NCBI RefSeq assembly: GCF_000281045.1
Contig: NW_008246082.1
Location: 480,448 to 544,447, forward strand
Direction of reading: 5' to 3'
Length of the DNA stretch: 64,000 nt
Source: Saprolegnia diclina VS20
Taxonomy: Eukaryota
This document shows, in pieces, positions 49,277-60,234 of this stretch (within the stretch, counting starts at the first letter, position 1; the number at the start of each line of letters is the position of its first letter). The notes beneath the pieces were generated by a model that was not told the DNA's origin, made no database searches, and saw only the letters and a program-made list of their open reading frames with translations. A program made the position numbers and the translations under genes.

Positions 49277-49871
49277 CGAGGGTCGGCGCCGCCTGTCTAC
49301 TTGGCCAAGCCAACTGCAATCGCAGGTGAGGAGATCCGCGAGCGTTTCGGGCGTTGCTGGTACCTTCAACCACAGTTTCCCGCGCGTGTGTTGAGCGGGC
49401 GACGTGCGACCTTGCTGGGTGTCGCATGGTCGGTTGAGCGATTGCTTATTAAAGAGTGCTCTTGTAGCTTGGTGAATCAAAGGGACCTGCGTTGACCTTG
49501 AAGGGAAGCGCAAGTGGCGCGAATATTCTTCTGTCACGTGGCACCCTTTTTGTCAAAGTAACCGTTTGTCGCGCCGCTTCACGCTGTCTAAACCCACGCC
49601 ATCAAGGTGTCGTGTGTGAGGAAGTCGAGTCGTGGATCGGACATAGAACAATCGAGTTGACTCGGCGCTGCCGCTACATACGAAATGTGCAATATAAATG
49701 ACTATATTGTCCGTAACGCAAGAGACATCTTGGAGGCTTCTCCCTCTAGCACGACGGCGTCGGCCGCCAAGGTGGCGTGTTTCTATCCGAAATTGGGTCC
49801 GCAAAAGCCGAATCGGCGCTTGTGATTGGACAAAATTCCCACACAGGCCCTCGGTTCGGCAGTTGGTTAAA

Positions 49872-50271
49872 ATGCGTGGTTGTCAACAAGTCTTGCGCGT
49901 CCTCCGCGCCCCCATGCGCTTCGTGGCCGCGCCCAAGGCCGTCCGCTCGCTCGCCTTCCGCAGCCAGGTCGCGCGCATGTCGACGATCTACAAGGGCCAG
50001 ACCCCCTTCGAGGTCCGCGTTCCAGCAAGACCAAGCTCGATGGGCTCATGCATATGTCGATCTATAGGACATTAACCGCCACCACAGCGACGCCGAGATC
50101 CGCATCGCCCAGGTGCCCGTCATCGAGGTTGACGGCGACACGGCCGTGTGCGACGGCGGTGGTGGTGCCCTCGGCCACCCGCTCGAGTACATCGCCCTCG
50201 ACATTGTGTCCCACGAACCCCAGGCGTGCAAGTACTGTGGTCTTCGCTTCAAGAAGCACCACCACCATTAA
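49872..50271 (+). CDS. NDUFS6: NADH:ubiquinone oxidoreductase 13 kDa-A subunit (zf-CHCC)
   Basis: Arg-rich mitochondrial presequence; VCDGGGGALGHPLEYI..CKYCGLRF; one intron at about 50013-50067. Confidence 0.92.
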
Positions 50272-50312
50272 TCGTCTTATCCTGCCGGTCGTAACTACCC
50301 AATGTACTAGTA

Positions 50313-51525
50313 CTACGTTGGCTCGGTCACGCTTGGTCGCGTTTCCGCTTCTGCTGCTGCGGCCGCGTCGGTTGGGGCGCCGCTGCAATGGCATCGACAA
50401 TGGCTTGCTCGACAGCAGAGTACTCGGACGCGTCGTCGCGCGCCAAGTTCATGGGCTCTTTGAGTCCCACGTTGGGGTTGCACATGAAGCGCACCTACAG
50501 GCAATGAGGCGAGTTCGTCGTATGGAGCTCTACCTCGTGGCCGCAATTTTTGCTGCGCGCATGCATCAGAAAAGGGTGTGTCAGCATGACGTCGCCGGCA
50601 TTGCCTTGTGTCTACATCAATGCGTCTCTCTCTACACACCCAACGCAAGACACGATATCGCACCTCGACGTACTCGTCCTTGTGGCGGGCGACCCACGGC
50701 TTGGCCGTCGCGCTGACCTTGCCGCCTGCCGTAAATACATGATGAGCGAATGCAATGGTGGTCGCTGGCTCAGATGTACCTCGCATGCCGTTGGGCCCGA
50801 CTTTGCTGAGAATCTGGGCCACGTGCTGGTGGGAGCGAGGGCTCAGGGCCTACGCTGCGCATGAGTCGCCGAGGAGGATCAAGCACACGTACCGTGCCAC
50901 CATCGCCTGGGCCAATGTCGTTGAAGAGGAAGATTGGCAGCAGTCCCGACTCCTTGCTATCGACGTGGTGAACGTATCTACCCGAAGCGTCAAAACGTGC
51001 TGGCACAGTCGAGGCCCTAGCACCTCGCGCCGTCCACGTGCCAGTGCCCCGCGGGTGCCCACGGCAACATCGCATGCCCCGGGAACGTGAGCACCCACCT
51101 AGACGCTCGTTGCGTAGAGCCAATAGATTCCAATAACGGCGTCGACGTACCAGCCGCAGGTGAGGTCGGCCGGGTTCCACCTGTCCTTGCCGCAGAGCTG
51201 GTCCATGGCTCGCTTCAAGCGAGGCGTAAGCACGCCTGCCCATGGCCCGCCCGTATCTTCGTTGTAGGACTCTACCAAGATGGCATGAGCGGCTGCAACA
51301 CAAAAGCGGCGCAGGGACGACACCAGAGATCCAATGCTTCTCGGGCCACGAGAGCGAGTTGTGGCGGTCGATGCCATCGGCGGCGATGCGCTCCCAGAGG
51401 AACTCGCGGCAGGCGGCCGCTGTCTCGCACGAGAAGGCGTTCTTGAGCAAGACGTAGCCGTGCTCGACAAAGTGAAGGACTTGCTCCGGCGTCAAGCCGA
51501 TCTCGTCGACGTCTGCGTCGACCAT
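50313..51525 (-). CDS. Phytanoyl-CoA dioxygenase (PhyH) family 2OG-Fe(II) oxygenase
   Basis: LTPEQVLHFVEHGYVLLKNAFS; WHVDG; GLLPIFLFNDIGPGDGGT; GDVMLTHPFLMHA. Confidence 0.85.
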
Positions 51526-51919
51526 CGTTGCACCGTGTCAAGCTCGGTTGCCAATCCACCGCGATTCGGATATACATAATCATCCGGATAACATACTAAT
51601 TCCTGCCTCGACAATATCACACTATATAAAGTACCACACCATCTTCCGCCAGGTCAAACAGCTAAGCCAAACCGTTTTGCCGATGGTCGCAGCAAGCTTA
51701 CGTGTCGCTGTCTTGTGTTCCACACTACTACAATTGGTGCCAGCTTGCAACGACAAAGCCGCTACCCACGTCGATCCCGATACCTCATCTTACACTATTT
51801 TCATTCAAAGCTAGATCTTGCCGGTGCTCTGCCAATTATTTAAAACAGTAAGCTATGTATTTGTATGGAACAATAAATTTCATAATTAAATTGCTCCGGC
51901 CAGCGGCTCGCGCAGCAGC

Positions 51920-52926
51920 ATGGACGGCCTCGCGCTCTTCAAGCTCGTCTCGCTCGTGAGCATTTGGGTCGTCGGCTTCGTCGGCGGCGTCCTGCCCTTC
52001 TTCATCCGCCAGCACAACCGCGTGCTCATGAGCCAGCTCAATTGCATGAGCGGTGGCGTCTTCCTCGCCGGCGGCTTCATGCATCTGCTCCATGCGGCGA
52101 TCGAGAACCCCGGCCTCGTGCGTTGGTCGACGATGGACGAAGGCGCGTATGCGTTTCCGTATGCAGAGATGTTTTGCACGATCGGCTTCCTCGGCGTCTT
52201 GATCGTCGAGCAGCTCGCGCACGCGCTGCAGGCGCAAGGCCATGCCCATGTCGAGCCCGACACGACGAGCGAGGACAGCGACGATCACAAGATGGACAGC
52301 GCGCCGTTCCTCGAGCAAGTCGAGGCAGCGACGCCACCTGTGGCCAAGAAAGGCCGGAAAAAGTCCCACGACGGCCACATTGCGTTCGACAAGTACGATC
52401 GTCGCCACCCCTTGAAGCTCATGTGGTGTAGGAACGCATCAGGCACCGTGGCCTTTGTGCTCTTTGTCGCTCTCTCGTTCCACTCAGTGCTCGAAGGCCT
52501 CGGCATCGGCGCCCAGTCGCAGCCAGCGTGGGGCGTCTTCCTCGCGATCATCATCCACAAAGGCCTCGCCGCCTTTGCGCTCGGCACGGGCATGCTCAAG
52601 AGCCAAATGAATAAGACCAAGTTTCTCAGCTACATGCTGCTCTTCTCCCTCATGAGCATCTTTGGCATCATCATCGGCTGGGCCGTGAACGCGGCCGAGT
52701 CATCCGAAGACGTACGTTCCTCCGTCATATCCCTCTTCCAGCTCACTCTGTCTTCTAGTCGGCGGCCGCGGGGATCTGCCTCGCACTGGCGTCTGGGACG
52801 TTCATCTACGTGGCCGTCATGGAGATCATTCCGCAAGAGTTTTCGCACGGCAAGTCGAGCCTCAAGAAGACACTGCTGCTCTGCGCTGGGTACGCCGTCT
52901 TTGGCGCGATCGCCAAGTGGTCGTAG
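51920..52926 (+). CDS. ZIP (SLC39/Zrt-Irt) zinc/iron permease
   Basis: GGVFLAGGFMHLL; ALSFHSVLEGLGIG; AIIIHKGLAAFALG; GTFIYVAVMEIIP; His-containing loop; two short introns. Confidence 0.93.
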
Positions 52927-53034
52927 TCGCGTAGTACATACCAAACATACTGTATTCTTCCACTGCGCCGGACTCACGCCAACCAGACACACTGACAAAC
53001 ACGCGGCATCTAAGCTAAGGTAGTCGTCGTCGGG

Positions 53035-54516
53035 CTATCCGTCGAGGCGCAGGCTGTGCACCGCGTGGTCCAACCCGCTCTCGTCGTCGTCGCCATAATC
53101 GTCGCGGTGGTGGACGCGCTTGTGCTGGACCTTGAGCCGCTTGGAGCCAATCTGGAACCCATTCATGCTCGCAATCGCAGCATCTGCAGCCTGCACCGAG
53201 TCGTAGCTCACAAAGCCTAGCATCTCGTGAGCGGAACATGCAACGACGAACGTCGACGTACCGAAGCCCTTGCTCTCGCCCGTGTTCTTGTCCATAAAGA
53301 CCTTGGCGCTAATGACCGTGCCAAAGGGAGCAAACGCCGTCGCGAGATCGGCATCCGTCAAGTCGTGCGGCAAGTGGTAGATGAAGAGGTTGGCACCGGC
53401 AGGGCCTTCCAACTGGGTCGCGGCGCGGGCGCCCGACGACGCCGCTGCGACGGCTGCGACCGACGACGGCACGGCGCTGGCCAGAGCGTCCAGTGGGAAC
53501 GGCGGCGCCGCGCCAGTGGGAAACGACGGGTAGCCGGTCGCCGCGGCGAACGCATACGGGTTGTAATACATGAACGCCGCGGGGTTGGCGGCTGGCGACG
53601 GCGATGCGCCTGGCGACGACTGGCCAGCGAGGGCTTGAGCGCCAAAAGCTTGCATCTGCTGCATGTACTGCTGCTGAATTTGCTGCAGCTGCGGAAACGG
53701 GATCGTGCCGCCGGGCGGAAGCTGCCAGTACGCGGCAGCGGCCGTCGCGGCTTGGTTGCGCGCGCGCTGAATGCGTTGACGGCGGCTGTCAGCAAATTTG
53801 ACGACCAGCGGCGCCGTACCACGTTCCTATTCACGTTCGCACGTTAGCGACAAGGAAGAGAGAATACGACTACGGATACCATCGTGTACGTGCCGTTGTA
53901 GGCATCAATGGCCGCTGAGGCTGCGTGACGGTCCTTGTACTTGAGGAACGCACATCCCTTGCTCTGGCCCGTCGCCGGGTGGCGCAAGATGTAGATTTCT
54001 TCAATGGGACCGTGCGAGGCAAACACTTCACGGATGCTCGACTCGTCCGCGTGCTTTGGGATCATCCCAATAAATAGTTTGTGCTCTTGGGACGCTACGC
54101 CAGGTCAACGCATGAGTACATCCGCGATGCTTGGCAGGATGCATACCTCCCGCTTGGCCTTCGGCCGGTCGGACTTGCAGCGGGTTGGACGAGAGGGGCA
54201 GCGTCACTTGGTTGTGCAGCGTCTCGATCGCCGCCTCGGCCGCGTCGCGCGAGCAAAAGGTCACAAAGGCGCAGCCGCGGTGCGTGCCACTGACCTTGTC
54301 GCGGATGATGACAATGTCGTAGAGCGGGCCAAAGGCCTCGAGGATCGGGCGGAGGTCCGCCTCTTCCATGTTGCGCGGGACTTGGCCGACAAAGAGCTTG
54401 ACAGCGTCCGGCGGCTGCGAGTGGCCATGGTGGTTTCCGTAGTCCTCGACGTCCTGGTCGTCGTACTCGGCGCTGTAGCCGCCGGGCGACGCGTAGCTGT
54501 GCATCGCGTCGGTCAT
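53035..54516 (-). CDS. CELF/Bruno-like RNA-binding protein (3 RRMs)
   Basis: [78 protein letters not shown]; Gln/Ala-rich linker. Confidence 0.93.
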
Positions 54517-55203
54517 CTTTGGGGCCACACGAGGGGAAGCAAATGACTAGTTTGCTCCTCGTGAGACTTGATAATTTTCACCGGGCGCCCCGCGCTCTGA
54601 AACCGCTGGGCCACCGGCCATCGAGTCTCGCAGGTTCTTCCGTCCCACGCTGGCCACTCGTACGCGCGTACATTCCGTACATTGGCGCAGAGACGCAATG
54701 TACGGGGCGTTATCACCGCCTTGTGCGGGTGCCACGTCAGCACGTCAACTCTACCAGCCGTGCACCGCGAATCGTGGGCATTACTGGCGGCGTTGGAGCT
54801 CGGACAAGACACTGCGGATACTACGCTGCACTCTTCGTACCGCCGCCCACCCGCTGAGTGACACCAAATATTGCCCACCAACCTACGTTGGCGAAGTCGA
54901 GCCGATGCGACTGCTGCACGGTTGGCATACTAAAAGCTAGTAGACCCGTCCCACACGCTACGTTCCCAGCCATTCACGTCGTACCTCGTATGCAGTGGAC
55001 GTCAACGTTGGGTTCTGCAGTATCTTGTGTGCTGCGCTGCAGGGGACAAAATAGCCAACTGGCTGCGTTGGCGCCGCCAGATACCGTTGAAACGCGCTTC
55101 CAGACGCAATGAGAAGACCAGTGCACCGGTGGTTTCGCAATGTACGGTGGCCGTACAAAGCGTCGTGTACGACGTGGCGCCTGTCCAAAGATTGCGCCGA
55201 TCG

Positions 55204-56827
55204 ATGCCCGAGGTAGCGACACCGCTGGTCGAGGATACCAGCACGCGATCTCGCTCTAGTCGCACCGATCCCTTATTGAGCACCACGGCAGTGTCAACCA
55301 GCGAGCGTTCGAGCCTGTGCTCCCGTCGGCCAACTTTGTTCGGTAGATCTTATTGCATGCAATGCATACATGCGCGCCACGCTGCGTGCCTAGTCAACGG
55401 TCGTCGAACCCGCGCGCTGACGCGGTGCCCGCCAAGAAACCACCTAAGTCGCCGACACCACATCACGGATCCCTTTCCATCCCGCTGCCTCGAACGCCAC
55501 GGCCCAAGACCCAGTCGACGACGGCCATGTACATTATGCTGTCCGAGCAAAGGCGAGTTTCCATGCGACTACATAGCCCCCTCTTGCACGCTCCTTGGGA
55601 CGCACCACGAGTGGCCTCCCCCATTTCCAAGCGCAAGCACCGGCATGTGGACCGGCGCGTGCACGCCGTCGCAGTGAGTGCCGTGACGACTGAAGCTCGT
55701 CTCAGCGCCCTCCGCGTAGATTGCGCAGGTCGCGTCCCCCGAGAACAATCCTTCTTTCGGCCCGTTGGCGCTCGACGAATGGCTCGCCACGTACGAGTTT
55801 GATGTGCTGCAGTACGACTCGATCGGTGCCTTTGTCGAGGTACGACTAGCAACCTCCTCGTAACTGACCGCTGCACCGTCGAGCAGATCAAGCTCAAGGA
55901 GGCGCTCGTGCTCTCGAGCAAGTTTGCGACACCCATGAACCGATTCCGGGCCGCGGTGCGCCACGCTCGTCGTCCAGCAAAGCACTCCTAACGTGAAGAC
56001 GTAGGTGGTGTGTAGCCTCGTCGAGCGGGTTGCTTTGGCGCTCGCGAATGCCGAGAGCTGCCGACGCTATGCACCCACGATCTTGCGTCTCGTCGACGAG
56101 CTCCGGAGCCTTATTTTCATCAACGACGACGACGAATGCGAGACCCGTGTGAGCCACAGCGGACACCTGCCGCACCCGCGCACGCTGAGCTTCTTTCTCG
56201 CCAAGGCCCCGTACTTTACGCAGCTGCGCCTTGAAGTCACCAAGGTACTCGCATTGATCTGCGGTTCGCTTTGGATAATGCTGTGGGATTTAGAAAGACG
56301 CCGAGTTTCGGAAACACCAAGCCGTCTTGCGCAAGCTCATCCAGTCGACGTTCCAAAACGTCGGGTCCGTCTTCCAAGCGTGGAAGATGCACACGCGCAC
56401 CAAGAAGGAAGATCGGCTGGCGAAAAAAGCAACCGAAATCACAGGTGAATAAGCACGTACCTCCGTGCTTCAAGCTGCATACTCTAGGCCGAGTGCTTGC
56501 GAAGCGCGGGCAGGCGCGGATCGCCTTTGTCTCGTGGGCACGCTACGTCATGGCGGTGCGGTTAGAGAAGATGCGGCTAAAAGGTATCGCCGTTTTCGCA
56601 AGGACCGATGACTCGAGTGCTCGCGTAGAAGCCCACTTATTGCGCGAACACTCCCAACTTGTGCTTGATTTGCGCAAGCAGCTCAGCCACGCCCACGACA
56701 CCATCGCCGTCCTTCGCGCAGAGGTGCACGACCTTCAAGTACGTCCTCGCCATGTCCTTGTAGCAACACAAAGTCTTTTTCATAGCCAGAGGCGCTCTTG
56801 CTCGAGCCAGACGCCACGTTAGACTAA
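55204..56827 (+). CDS. Hypothetical multi-exon protein with C-terminal coiled coil
   Basis: Consistent short GT-AG introns; exons such as LALDEWLATYEFDVLQYDSIGAFVE, VFQAWKMHT, AFVSWARYV and LRKQLSHAHDTIAVLRAEVHDLQ. Ends approximate. Confidence 0.55.
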
Positions 56828-56842
56828 TCACTACAAATCGAG

Positions 56843-58755
56843 TTATGGCGACGACGACTCGGACGGCGCGAGTGGAAGCTCGTCAAAGAAGGCACGCGCA
56901 ATCGCTGCTTCTGCGTCGCGCATCACGGGGCGCAGCGGTGGCATTGTCCGCTGTAGGACGTTCAGAAACGACGGCACCGGGTGGCGACTGGTCGTCGTCA
57001 TCTCGGGAAGCGGAACCGGGCGTCGGCGTGGACCTAGAAGTGACGGCGTCTCCATGAAGGGCATGGACGTTTCAATGCCAGGCGAGAGCAGCGACCGCTG
57101 CAGCGACGCTTGCATGCGCTCTGTGAGCTCGCGCCATCGCGCCTCAGACTCGACCAGATCTAGTTGTGCATGTGAAGCGACGGCTCACCGCGGGGAGCGC
57201 CACCTGGGTGGTCGAAAAGTGACGGCGGCATTGGTGGCGGCGCCAAGATCGCGTGGATGTGGACATCAAAGTTGCGGCGTGGCGCTTGTGGCTCGACAAG
57301 CGGGGTGCTCACAGCCTACACACGCCATACACAAGATATCACGCCCGTGCAAAGCGCCCATACCTACAATGAGCTCTCGGAACGTCGAGTCGTACGACGT
57401 GGGGCCCCGGCGCGACGCGCTGCGAGGCGAACCGTACGCTACAACGCTTGAACTTCAACTTCACGCCGGCGGAACGTTCTGTAATACCGTCGTTGCTGAC
57501 GTGGTGGGGCGTTGTGAGGCTTTCGATATGCGTGGCGGCGTCGACGAGGACGCGGCCGACACGGTCAAAGAGGGAGCCAACCACGTCCGCGGCTTCTGTG
57601 AGTGCAGGCGTCGCGTCGGGCTCGTCACAGAGCGTAGCAAGTTGATCGACGTACGGTAGCATGTCTCGAAGCGCATCGCGGATCTGCGGCACAAGCGAGC
57701 GGGCGGTCGGCGGTGGAGTCGACCGCGCCGAGCGCACAATAGGCGTCGGGCTCAAGAAGGGCGACCCTGTCGGATGCAGCGTCCGAGTCCGGAAGGCAGC
57801 GAGGCGCGGCGAGATCTTCTCGATCCACTCGTCCCAGCGCGTCGGCCACCCGTGGTAGTGTACGCGGACGTGTGTCGCACTGAGCTCCAGTACCGTGCCT
57901 TCAAGCCATTGGTTGACTGTGTCCTTGACATCGAGCCATTGACCGACGTAAAAGAGGCGGCGTGCACGCAATGTGGCACCCCGCTCCGCACTCGTGGTCT
58001 CGGTGGGCGTCGCCGACGTCACTGTCGACAACAGAGTGCGGAGCGTTAACAGTCCTTGCTCAATGTGCTCGAAAGGCTACGTGCAAATGTGCGCTGTGAA
58101 GAGCAGAAGGTACATTCGAGTACATACATCATGAACGACGGCTGGAGGTCTGGCTTCTGACTCGGGCTCAGATGTCAAATCCAAGGCCCTCTCGGCGTCG
58201 CTGGGCACCGGCGCGGTAGGTCGAGGTTGTCTGAAGTTGAGCGCGTCTGAGAGCAACGAGCCATCTTCGTCGAGGCCGAGCCGCCGGCGCATCGAGGCAA
58301 AGGCTGCCGCCGAGTCGAGACGCGACTGCCGAGGGCGCAGCTGCGGGCGCAAGACACTGCGCGCGGGAGGCAGAAGCGGCTCGGTCTCGGACGCGCTTGT
58401 ACCGTCGGCGCTGTAGATCTGCTCGGGCTTGGCCACGAGATGTAGTGTATGCCCATCTTCCACGTTGTATGCGGCGAGCTGATCGGCGTCTTTCATGAGC
58501 TTGCCTGCGTGAGAGCTCAGGCGTTATCCGCGTTGTACAGGCACGGTGCGTACCTCGGTAGATGAGCCGCTGGCGGTGCTCGGGGACTTGCGTCGTCGTC
58601 CGCAGCATCTCCTTGAGCTCGCTCACCGCGATGGCGGGACGGACCTGCAGCGCAAAGCTGTGGTCATTGAGCGTCTTGATGCGAATCTCGATGCAACTCT
58701 CTTGGCGCGTCATGGCCATCGCAAGCACGTCGTCGATCGCTGCTGCGGCCTCCAT
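56843..58755 (-). CDS. Ubiquitin-like domain (BAG6/Scythe-type) plus Tudor/MBT/chromo-barrel-like domain protein
   Basis: IEIRIKTLN..QRLIYRG|KLMKD..YNVEDGHTLHLV (UBL); FYVGQWLDVKDTVNQWLEGTV..VRVHYHGWPTRWDEWI (Royal-family barrel). Confidence 0.8.
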
Positions 58756-58965
58756 TCTGCCAACTGCCAAGTGAAACCCATGCTATGATGGGCAATCTTT
58801 GTATATTTTTAGCCAATCCACGCATTCGATTTCTCGTCAATACACTATATTTCGCATACGTTCCGATTTACTGTACGTAAACTATCTTTAGAACGGCCAG
58901 AATGAGTTTCCAATAGTGTTTATGCACTGAAATAGTGTCTTGATGGAGATTGCAACACGAGGAGA

Positions 58966-59894
58966 ATGACGCCCAAGGAGTTCCTCACAAGCTTTCGGAT
59001 CGAGTCGGGCGGAGAGTACACGTGCCTCCGCATGCGCCATGGGCGTGTGTGCATGTGGCCGTTTCATCGCGCGCGGCTTGCACTGGACGCATCCCAAGGC
59101 GACGCGCTGCCCGCCGAGATCGTTCGTGCCGCCACGGACACCTTTGGCGAAGCTGCCAGCACCAAGGACCTCATGGTCACCATCGTGAACGTCAATGGGC
59201 GCCACCACATCCACGTATACGCCATGCCAGGCTTGAGCTTTGTTGGTGGCGCAGACAACGGCGTGCCCCAAGTCAGTGCGGTTGACGTGCTCGTGCTGGG
59301 GCCTGCCCGCCGAAACCCGGGCGTCAAGCACGTCAGTTGGATCGACGAGCGCAAGTACCTCGAGGCTGCAGCGGCGGAGAAGGCGGCGGAGCTTGGCATC
59401 GGTAGCTTTGGTGAAGTGCTCTTGAGCCAACGCGACGCCGACACCCATCACCTCCTCGAAGGCCTCATCACCAACTTCTTTGTCCGTACGTGAGCGCACC
59501 TTTATCGTTCCGAGTTGACTTGCATGGGCTAGTGCACAACGGCCGACTCTACACCGCTCGCGACGATGTCTTGCTTGGCAGCACGCGGGAGCTCGTGCTG
59601 CAAGCGTGCGAACGCCTTTGCATTCCGGTCGTGCACGAGCCTCCCGTGCTGGAAGCGAGCGCGACGTGGGAGGCCGCTTTTGTTACGAGTAAAGATCACA
59701 CTGCTGTAGTCTAGGATCCAAGCTCATGGTGGCATGGCATAGGTGTCGTGCGCATGATCGTGCCTGTGAAGACGCTTCGCCGCCAAGACACTGGCACGTG
59801 GCACACGTACAGCATTCGCACCGCTCCTGAGCGGCTGCACCAGCTGCGCTCTGCGATCTACGAGCTCTGCGATGCAGATGCCCGCGTCGGTTAA
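58966..59894 (+). CDS. PLP-dependent aminotransferase class IV (D-amino-acid transaminase/ADC lyase-like)
   Basis: YTCLR..WPFHRARL; RRNPGVKH (candidate PLP Lys); LLEGLITNFF; VLLGSTRELVL; EAAFVTS; two introns. Confidence 0.85.
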
Positions 59895-60234
59895 ATCTGT
59901 AGCCAACGCTGCTGGCTCGTAGTAGTAGTAGTGTGTTGCACCTGGCGCTGCAGCATGCCTTTGCACGTTTCGACTAAAGAAACGCCAAGGGTGTTCATGG
60001 CGCTTCCTGCGAGATGTGTTCGCAATGGCCATCAGGTGGTGGATCTCTGCATGGGGCCAGCAAGATCGTCGCACGGCCTTGCACCAAGCTACTACTGCGG
60101 GACAAAGCCACGCGCTCGCAGGCCGAAGTGTTTTCGTAACACAGCGCAAAGACGCGACATACAAACCTCGGGATAAAAACTGCATTCTAATATTGCCATT
60201 TGCTTCAAAATAATTAAAATAAAATAATACGTGC

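Noticed and set aside
5954..58755. Ubiquitin-system gene cluster (3 HECT, RING, UBL)
   Set aside because: Beyond the tandem HECT paralogs, co-occurrence with RING and UBL genes is plausible by chance in a gene-dense genome; no evidence of linkage.
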